A DNA stretch of 5,234 nucleotides from Promethearchaeota archaeon (lineage in GTDB: Archaea; Asgardarchaeota; Hermodarchaeia; Hermodarchaeales; Hermodarchaeaceae): positions 1 to 5,234 of the forward strand of contig JBHLMI010000056.1 in assembly GCA_048938295.1 (NCBI GenBank), given 5' to 3'. The stretch's first letter is position 1. Every line of letters begins with the position of its first letter. Below the pieces are notes generated by a model. The model made no database searches. It was not told the origin of the DNA and saw only the letters and a program-made list of their open reading frames with translations. The position numbers and the translations under genes are program-made. Positions 1 to 5,234 of the stretch are shown one piece after another.

Positions 1-786
1 GAGACCCAGTTGCCCGATGTTGTACATGGTTTTACACCATCCGGGATACCGGAGAGTTCCACGGAGCATGGTCTGGATGCCTTGGAGTCCATAGATGTCG
101 ATATACTGTAAGGAATCCCGATTGGGATAACCTTCAAAATCGCCGAGTTCTGGTACATGCTCAACGTGACAGCTATTGAATAATTCCTCACTCGGAATCT
201 GGATGCGTTGTTTATCTTTTTGGTATAATGCGGAGTTGCGCCCAGCAAGCAATACGCCACGGGGGCTCCATGAGAGCTTATACCCAAAGGGATTGGTATT
301 TGCATCCGGTGCTGGTAAACCACCTGTGAAACTCGTAAATTCGAGGATTTTCCCACCTTCCGCTTGGGCTTGGTGGATGATTTTCATGGCTGACATATGG
401 TCTTGACCAGGATCAACCCCGCACTCGTTGAGGATAATAATATCTGCATGTTTAGCCTGTGAATCGAGAGCCCGCATTTCATCCGATACATAAGAGGTAG
501 TCACCATGTTCACTTTGTAGCGGAGACATTCTCGGGCCACCTGCACATGGAAGGTGTATGGAAGGAGCGACACAACAAGATCGACTGGTTTTACCAGCTT
601 CTTCAAGTCCTTGGATTGCCGGCTAATGTCAAAGGCTCGTGCCTCCCCGTTAGGGTAGTCGCCGATGAGATTCATCGCCTTACTCACAGTTCGACTAGCA
701 ATGGTAACCTGATAGTCATGTTTGAGCATATACCGGACAAAGGGACGGGCGACTAATCCGGCTCCGAGCACCAAAACATGTTGCAT
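1..786 (-). CDS. Saccharopine dehydrogenase/reductase, L-glutamate-forming type (Lys9 / SDH domain of AASS family); 3' end runs off the window
   Basis: Manual translation from ATG at 786 is open for 262 codons to position 1. It starts MQHVLVLGAGLVARP (Rossmann GxG) and continues DLVVSLLPYTFH, NMVTTSYVS, ILNECGVDPGQDHMSAM, SFTGGLPAP, NPFGYKLSWSPRGV, EGYPNRDS and LRGTLRYPGW. These match the conserved blocks of Lys9/AASS-SDH. Absent from the ORF track because no stop lies in the window. Confidence 0.95.
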   Translation of the reverse strand, partial: MQHVLVLGAGLVARPFVRYMLKHDYQVTIASRTVSKAMNLIGDYPNGEARAFDISRQSKDLKKLVKPVDLVVSLLPYTFHVQVARECLRYKVNMVTTSYVSDEMRALDSQAKHADIIILNECGVDPGQDHMSAMKIIHQAQAEGGKILEFTSFTGGLPAPDANTNPFGYKLSWSPRGVLLAGRNSALYQKDKQRIQIPSEELFNSCHVEHVPELGDFEGYPNRDSLQYIDIYGLQGIQTMLRGTLRYPGWCKTMYNIGQLGL

Positions 787-795
787 CCCACTATT

Positions 796-800
796 CCTCC
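796..800 (-). promoter_or_regulatory. Shine-Dalgarno site (GGAGG) for the SDH gene
   Basis: Minus strand reads GGAGG-AATAGTGGG-ATG, a 9-nt spacing to the ATG at 786. It lies in the 38-nt gap after the LKR stop, consistent with an internal operon gene. Confidence 0.7.
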
Positions 801-824
801 ATGTCTCTGTTTCCTACCTTTTTA

Positions 825-2135
825 TTACAAATACTTTTTGAGATATTCATATTCGGGAGTAAGGGTGCCCCGATACACGATAATGGCTTTTTTCAATTCT
901 GGGGGCAGATTCAGCTGTTCAAAGGGTACACTATAGTCGGCGTTAACAAGCGCTGGGATAAACCGCTGAAGGGTTTCACTAAATGAGGTCGACGCATCTC
1001 GTGGTAATTCTGTTGGAAGGTTATCAACTGCCATAACAACTACACCCTCACCCGAAATGCCCAAAGTCGCTTCATCCGTATCAGGATGGTAGACAAAGGT
1101 TGGGTGGGTTGGTTGGGTGCATCGCACCGTGAATTCTATGGCTCCCTGGATATCACAGCTAATGTCACCGACAATGAGAAGCCTCGGCTTTCCACTGGTT
1201 TGGTTCCATAGCTTCTTCAGTTCTTGTTTGGTAACCATCCGGGGGTACTTATCTGACCAGTAAATACAGTTCATCAAAACGGATATGTACGGGAGATACT
1301 GGAAAAAGACAGATTGGTATTTGGCTTTTCCGTGGGCATAGTAGTGTTGCAGGTCAAAGGTAGCTTTGGAATCCTTAGAACGAATCGTGTCTTCTTCTCG
1401 AAAGACCACCTTGTATAAGAGATGATTATCAGGGATGAGATGGGGTAATTCTGCTGGTGTAACGATTTTGTGTGGGAGTAAATCAAAGATAGCTTGTGCG
1501 CCTCGTGAGGTATTCCCATATCCGATGAAGCCAACCACCAATGGAGCTAGTTCATGAGCAAACCCTTCGGCTTGGACTCGTTTTCCTACGGCACTAATGG
1601 CTGTTTGAAGCTCTTCAATACCACGATATTGGTAGGTAGGCTTTAGATCCGCAAATGGATTGGGTGCCACTCCCTGTTCACTAAGCCGTTCACCGAGGCC
1701 GCGCAACGTTTCAGCCATTCCAGCGTATCCCGCCCAATTTCCAAAGAAGATAAGCCGACGTCCAGTCTTCACTTCGACGACACGCTCATAATCGATGAGC
1801 GTGGCTCCCACATCAAGAATTTGTTTTAACATCGCCATGTTATACGGCTGACCCTTGATTACATGGGCGAAGAATAAGTACACCTTCTCAGGTTCGAAGA
1901 CTTCTTGGGGGATTTCCTTAATCCCGAAGATGACTTGGGGATCGGTACCTCGAAGGTCTCCTATCTTGGCTCCTACCTCCCGGTATGTCTCTTCGGAAAA
2001 AGTCCGTTGTTCTGATGGTTCCACCACAAATTCAAATCCATACTCCTTGGACAGCTTTTGAACATCCGAGGGGACAATGGGGGTACGAAGCTCGAAGGCT
2101 TTGTCTTCTCGACGGATTCCAACTTTTTTCGACAT
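825..2135 (-). CDS. Lysine-ketoglutarate reductase (LKR)-type saccharopine-forming enzyme, stand-alone; AlaDh/PNT-fold family, homologous to the LKR domain of AASS and to Lys1
   Basis: 436 aa. Motifs GIRREDK..ELRTPIVP, YLFFAHVIKGQPYNM, LIDYE, FFGNWAGYAGM, GFIGYGNTSRGAQ, MNCIYW..KYPR, DISCDIQGAIEFT and MAVDNLPTELPRDAS align by eye with the AASS LKR blocks (RRED..WERRAPL, FFSHTIKAQ, LIDYE, FGQWAGVAGM, GTGNVSKGAQ, NGIYW...PR, DISAD.GGSIEF, IDNLP). Ends in a tandem TAA TAA (827-822). Confidence 0.9.
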   Translation of the reverse strand: MSKKVGIRREDKAFELRTPIVPSDVQKLSKEYGFEFVVEPSEQRTFSEETYREVGAKIGDLRGTDPQVIFGIKEIPQEVFEPEKVYLFFAHVIKGQPYNMAMLKQILDVGATLIDYERVVEVKTGRRLIFFGNWAGYAGMAETLRGLGERLSEQGVAPNPFADLKPTYQYRGIEELQTAISAVGKRVQAEGFAHELAPLVVGFIGYGNTSRGAQAIFDLLPHKIVTPAELPHLIPDNHLLYKVVFREEDTIRSKDSKATFDLQHYYAHGKAKYQSVFFQYLPYISVLMNCIYWSDKYPRMVTKQELKKLWNQTSGKPRLLIVGDISCDIQGAIEFTVRCTQPTHPTFVYHPDTDEATLGISGEGVVVMAVDNLPTELPRDASTSFSETLQRFIPALVNADYSVPFEQLNLPPELKKAIIVYRGTLTPEYEYLKKYL

Positions 2136-2241
2136 GGAACTACTCTCGCGGGTGTGCTGGGGCTTCTCGGTTAAGCTATCAGGTAGAAAAGTCTAGTGGC
2201 TGCTCTAACAAAATCAAGTGCCGACATAAGAACAAAGTACA

Positions 2242-2280
2242 ACATTAAAGTCAAAGAGCCACATCTAAAGGGTCAGAGCT
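2242..2280 (+). promoter_or_regulatory. Candidate promoter region of the M20 gene; imperfect tandem repeat containing TATA-like TTAAAG / TCTAAAG
   Basis: ACATTAAAGTCAAAGAGCC (2242-2260) is followed directly by ACATCTAAAGGGTCAGAGCT (2261-2280). No clear GGAGG precedes ATG 2288. Confidence 0.35.
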
Positions 2281-2287
2281 GGCGATC

Positions 2288-3631
2288 ATGGTAGACTCGG
2301 TCTTAAAGAAAATTGATGAAAACGTAGACGCCGCCATTAATGCAGCGAAAAAATTATGCAGCATACCTACAGTGGCGGCGAAAGGTCAAGGCATTGACGA
2401 AACTGCGGAACTCGTCCAACAAATGCTCGAAGACGCAGGCATTCCCTCAGAGCTACATTCAACATCAGGGGCGCCTGTTGTAACAGGACACCTTGATGTT
2501 GGTGCCAAACGCACGCTCCTATTCTATGACCACTATGATGTCCAACCCGCAGAGCCCTTTGATCTTTGGGTTTCACCTCCCTTTGAACCTGAGATTCGGG
2601 AAGGTCGATTGTACGCCAGGGGTATCGCTGATAACAAGGGTGACACCCTTTCCCGGATTTGGGCAGTTCGTGCTTACAAAGAAACAGGTGTCGATTTGCC
2701 CGTTAACATCAAGTTCGTCATTGAAGGAGAAGAGGAGATCAGCAGCCCGAATCTTCCAGATTTCACCAAGAAGCATGCTGATTTCCTCCGAGCAGACGGA
2801 GGTATTTGGGAATTTGGCAGTGCTGGGTTTGATGGAACTCAGGAGGCCTGGCTGGGATTGAAGGGTATCCTCTATGTACAACTGGAGGTTGAACGGCTCT
2901 CCCATGATGCCCATTCAAGTAACTCAGCTATTTTGCCTTCTGCTCCTTTTCGGTTGGTCTGGGCGTTAGGATCGCTTAAGGATGAAAATGAACGTATCCA
3001 AATCGACGGGTTCTATGATGATGTTGTTCCAATGACTGAAAAAGAACGCGAGTTTGTAGCAAAGATAGACTTCGAAGAAGAAGCCCGGCGTAAGTTCTAT
3101 GGGATTGATGCTTTTGTTAACAACTATGAAGGCGGCGCATTACGCGAAGCCTACTATTATCAACCACACCTGAGTATTGACGGACTCACAAGTGGGTATC
3201 AAGAAAAGGGATCAATGACAGTATTGCCCGCCAAGGCATCAGCAAAAATTGACTTCCGCCTTGTCGAAAACCAACATCCCTCTGACATCATCAAAAAACT
3301 ACGGAATCATCTGGACGTACATGGTTTCACAGATGTCAAAATAGTATGGAACAATGGCTATCCTGCGGCTAAAACTCCTGTCGATCACCCCTTCGTAGAA
3401 ATCGTCGATAAGGCCAATCAGGTTGTCTTTGGGCACCCTATTCGCATCCACCCCACCTGTCCCGGCTCAGGTCCCCTCTACCTCTTCAAAGACTACGTGC
3501 CCATGATCTCCATCGGCATCGGCGACTATGATTCTCGCGCCCACTCTCCTAATGAAAGCGTACCGGTAGTCAACTATCTCAAATCCATGAAGCGCATCGC
3601 TGTTATAATTGATGAAATGGGCCGATGGTAG
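2288..3631 (+). CDS. M20/M25/M40-family Zn metallopeptidase (dipeptidase-like / DapE-ArgE superfamily)
   Basis: 447 aa with a full set of M20 metal and catalytic motifs: LLFYDHYDVQP, LYARGIADNKG, IEGEEEISS, GIWEFG and RAHSPNES. Dimerisation-domain motifs include GLKG, DAHSS, TVLPAKASAKIDFRLV. Substrate cannot be assigned from sequence. Confidence 0.93.
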   Translation: MVDSVLKKIDENVDAAINAAKKLCSIPTVAAKGQGIDETAELVQQMLEDAGIPSELHSTSGAPVVTGHLDVGAKRTLLFYDHYDVQPAEPFDLWVSPPFEPEIREGRLYARGIADNKGDTLSRIWAVRAYKETGVDLPVNIKFVIEGEEEISSPNLPDFTKKHADFLRADGGIWEFGSAGFDGTQEAWLGLKGILYVQLEVERLSHDAHSSNSAILPSAPFRLVWALGSLKDENERIQIDGFYDDVVPMTEKEREFVAKIDFEEEARRKFYGIDAFVNNYEGGALREAYYYQPHLSIDGLTSGYQEKGSMTVLPAKASAKIDFRLVENQHPSDIIKKLRNHLDVHGFTDVKIVWNNGYPAAKTPVDHPFVEIVDKANQVVFGHPIRIHPTCPGSGPLYLFKDYVPMISIGIGDYDSRAHSPNESVPVVNYLKSMKRIAVIIDEMGRW

Positions 3632-3636
3632 GATAT

Positions 3637-4325
3637 TCACATCGGTGCGTCCCAAGCTATCCAAATCAGCTCTACTAGCTCTTCAGCTCGGATTTGATGA
3701 ACAACATTCGGAGGAATATAGACCGCTCTCGTGGGCTGGAGATCAAGCTCTTCGTCAGCGATAATTGCTTTTCCTTTTCCGCTTAAAATAATGAACTACT
3801 GAGATATGGATCCCTCTCTCCAGCTTCATTGATTACTTGCCTTGTGTCAATGAAATACCAGGCAGATCGAAGGTCCTTCCAATACGCAAGGGGAATGGGT
3901 GAGGTCCCGTGCGCTTCTCCTGCCAATTCATGGCGAATCTCTCGTATCTTGATTTTTCCTGGTAAGAAGAAATAGGTCCCGAGACGCTTGCTGGTTTCAA
4001 TTGGTTCTAGAACTTTCTCACGATTGAAAAACTCGTAGTTAATGGGTCGCACATCGCTCGTTTTTGTTCTTGCAGCAAGTGTAAATCCGTCTTTTTCATA
4101 TTTGGCCACCTGTTGTAGGGTTCCTTTGGAAAACATGCGTTTTACATCACATTTTTGCAGTCCAGTGAGAATCTCTGGCTTTTCTTTGAGAATAAGAGAC
4201 GCAGTCTCTTCTGTGTCAGTAATTTCAAATCCTACACGCATTTCCTCATCCGATACCAGCAGCCGCTCTTGGTAGAGTTCAACGTCATTGAGCGCTTATT
4301 CTAAATACTTCATCAAGTCAACCAT
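3637..4325 (-). pseudogene. Disrupted gene for an SCP2-like + cupin two-domain protein (about 230 aa reconstructed). Lesions: in-frame TAA 4296-4298, -1 frameshift near 3799-3821, in-frame TAG 3796-3798
   Basis: The frame of track ORF 3783-4241 continues upstream as (MIS)MVDLMKYLE*ALNDVELYQERLLVSDEE-MRVGFEITD, with in-frame ATGs at 4334, 4325 and 4313. In the -1 frame, 3795-3637 reads FIILSGKGKAIIADEELDLQPTRAVYIPPNVVHQIRAEELVELIWIAWDAPM*, a typical cupin C-terminal half. It is preceded in that frame by CAG TAG. Its TGA (3637-3639) lies 5 nt from the convergent peptidase stop. The cupin call is fairly secure; the SCP2-like call rests on pattern recognition only. Confidence 0.78.
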
Positions 4326-4346
4326 TGAAATCATCAATCGGTTGAC
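4317..4346. repeat. Inverted repeat / hairpin GTCAACC-ATTGA-aatca-TCAAT-c-GGTTGAC
   Basis: 7 bp (4317-4323 with 4340-4346) plus 5 bp (4324-4328 with 4334-4338), one bulged base (4339) and a 5-nt loop. It overlaps the candidate starts at 4325 and 4334. Confidence 0.75.
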
Positions 4347-4421
4347 CTTACATTGTCCGACACTTAGCTAAAATGTTCTTCACAAAAAAGAATAGTCAAA
4401 CCCTAGAGAATTTTAAGGTCA
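4343..4421. repeat. Perfect 8-bp inverted pair TGACCTTA (4343-4350) / TAAGGTCA (4414-4421) in the divergent intergenic region
   Basis: Read directly. Each copy reads TAAGGTCA toward its own gene and ends 18 nt (ATG 4325) or 19 nt (ATG 4440) before the start. Confidence 0.6.
4405..4418 (+). promoter_or_regulatory. Candidate archaeal BRE + TATA box for a leaderless TspO-like transcript
   Basis: Purine-rich AGAGAA (4405-4410) is followed by TTTTAAGG (4411-4418), centred about 25-26 nt upstream of ATG 4440. No SD motif is present. Confidence 0.5.
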
Positions 4422-4439
4422 GACGTTGCAGCGCATGGT

Positions 4440-5234
4440 ATGACTGAAAACAAAGACTATCTCCTCCTACAGGTCCTAAACATCATCACTGTCATCTCAG
4501 TGATCATCGTCAACATACTAGCAAACGCACTACCCCTCTTCGGCGTATATACGGGAGCAGTCTCTGATGCTTATCCCAATTTCTTTACACCCGCCGGTTA
4601 CGTCTTTTCCATCTGGTTCATCATTTATCTCCAAGCAATTATCTTCATGATTTACCAAGCCCGAAAAAGCCAACGAACTGAAAGCTATCTAGGTAAGATT
4701 AGCTTCTTCTATTTCCTCGCTGGTCTTGCAAATATGGTGTGGATCTTTGTGTTTCACTACTCCTATGCTTTCATGGTCGCAACCCCTCTCTTCTTCTTAG
4801 CCTCCTTGGTCCTTCTTCTCCTCGTCTTTCTCATGTTACTCCTCGCGTATCTCCGATTAGGTGTCGGAATCGAAGCCGTCCCACGTAATGAGAAACTCGC
4901 TGTCCATCTACACTTCAGTGTCTACCTCGGCTGGATATCAGTAGCTACTATCGCTGCAGTCGCATCATCCATCAACATTCTGGTGCCTGCCATCCCCGCA
5001 GAAACCCAGCACTTAGCTACTGCAGCCATGCTCTTCGTTGCTCTCATCCTCACCCTGATTATGATTTACCTTCGACGGGATTATGGCTTTGCACTTGTTA
5101 TTCTCTGGGCGGGGGCTGGTATCGGCGTGAAATGGTTTACCATTCCCATCATCCTGTACAGTGCTGTCGCAGTTGCCATTATCATCGTAATTGGACTGAT
5201 TCTCATTCCATATCTCAAGAAATCCAATCTCATC
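4440..5234 (+). CDS. Extended TspO/MBR-like (tryptophan-rich sensory) multi-pass membrane protein; no stop in window
   Basis: Manual translation is open for 265 codons: MTENKDYLLLQVLNIITVISVIIVNILANALP...SDAYPNFFTPAGYVFSIWFIIY...LANMVWIFVFHY...HFSVYLGWISVATIA...RRDYGFALVILWA...IPYLKKSNLI. TPAGYVFSIW, N..W...F and YLGW..VA correspond to TspO helix motifs (PP.W.F..VW, LN..WS..FF, PYLAW..FA). About three further hydrophobic segments follow. Absent from the ORF track. Confidence 0.8.
   Translation, partial: MTENKDYLLLQVLNIITVISVIIVNILANALPLFGVYTGAVSDAYPNFFTPAGYVFSIWFIIYLQAIIFMIYQARKSQRTESYLGKISFFYFLAGLANMVWIFVFHYSYAFMVATPLFFLASLVLLLLVFLMLLLAYLRLGVGIEAVPRNEKLAVHLHFSVYLGWISVATIAAVASSINILVPAIPAETQHLATAAMLFVALILTLIMIYLRRDYGFALVILWAGAGIGVKWFTIPIILYSAVAVAIIIVIGLILIPYLKKSNLI

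Noticed and set aside
791-802. Tiny ORF ATG GAG GAA TAG on the minus strand overlapping the SDH Shine-Dalgarno
   Set aside because: Three codons arising from the GGAGG context; nothing supports translation.
787-827. Possible readthrough or frameshift fusing LKR to SDH into an AASS-like protein
   Set aside because: LKR ends in TAA TAA, the 38-nt gap changes frame, the SDH frame is closed by TAG at 814-816 so the open frames do not overlap, and SDH has its own SD.
176-986. Track ORFs 176-406, 547-756 and 801-986 (+)
   Set aside because: Short, without recognisable motifs, and antisense to the well-supported SDH and LKR genes.
1098-1117. GGTTGGGTGGGTTGGTTGGG, resembling a G-quadruplex or short repeat
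   Set aside because: Explained by Thr/Pro/Gln/His codons (TQPTHPT) of the LKR gene on the other strand; only three GGG runs.
1274-2248. Track ORFs 1274-1534 (-), 1855-2061 (+) and 1985-2248 (+)
   Set aside because: Alternative-frame or antisense shadows of LKR with no family motifs.
2288-3631. Calling the M20 enzyme dapE, argE or lysK
   Set aside because: Metal-binding motifs are shared across the family. No subfamily-diagnostic evidence or DAP/LysW pathway genes are in the window.
2367-3664. Track ORFs 2367-2576 (-), 2493-2861 (+), 2573-2914 (-) and 3467-3664 (-)
   Set aside because: Nested in or antisense to the M20 peptidase, with no motifs. 3467-3664 is not in the frame of the cupin fragment.
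3769-3778. TTTTCCTTTT as an oligo-U terminator for the peptidase transcript
   Set aside because: It is the complement of the GKGK codons of the cupin segment. It could function as a terminator, but nothing in the sequence supports that.
3783-3790. Shift-prone TTT TAA at the end of the 152-aa ORF as a programmed frameshift site
   Set aside because: A +1 slip there enters a frame that reads KRKRKSNYR and stops. The cupin is in the -1 frame, and its FII strand begins upstream of this site.
3783-4241. Track ORF 152 aa taken as a complete gene
   Set aside because: Protein-like sequence continues in frame upstream past a TAA and in the -1 frame downstream as a cupin half. The ORF is the middle fragment of a disrupted gene.
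4042-4275. Track ORF 77 aa (+)
   Set aside because: Antisense to the disrupted SCP2-like/cupin gene, Ser-rich, no motifs.

Overview
A 5.2 kb, densely coding prokaryotic window. It is probably archaeal, inferred from TATA-like boxes about 25 nt before first-gene ATGs and a GGAGG site only before an internal operon gene; the taxon cannot be fixed from sequence alone. Left: a minus-strand gene pair encoding the two halves of the saccharopine pathway as separate proteins, in the same order as the domains of eukaryotic bifunctional AASS (LKR/SDH). These are an LKR-type protein (825-2135) followed by a Glu-forming saccharopine dehydrogenase/reductase (786 to window edge, missing from the ORF track). 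Divergent from it is an M20 metallopeptidase (2288-3631). Converging on the peptidase is a broken gene (about 3637-4325) that the ORF track shows only as a 152-aa fragment. Reading through an in-frame TAA, a -1 frameshift and an in-frame TAG rebuilds a roughly 230-aa protein with an SCP2-like N-terminal domain and a C-terminal cupin. Divergent from that is an extended TspO/MBR-like membrane protein (4440 to window edge, also missing from the track). The 4317-4421 intergenic region carries a 12-bp bulged hairpin over the broken gene's start and a symmetric TAAGGTCA pair; related motifs lie upstream of the peptidase. No RNA genes, mobile elements or CRISPR arrays were seen.
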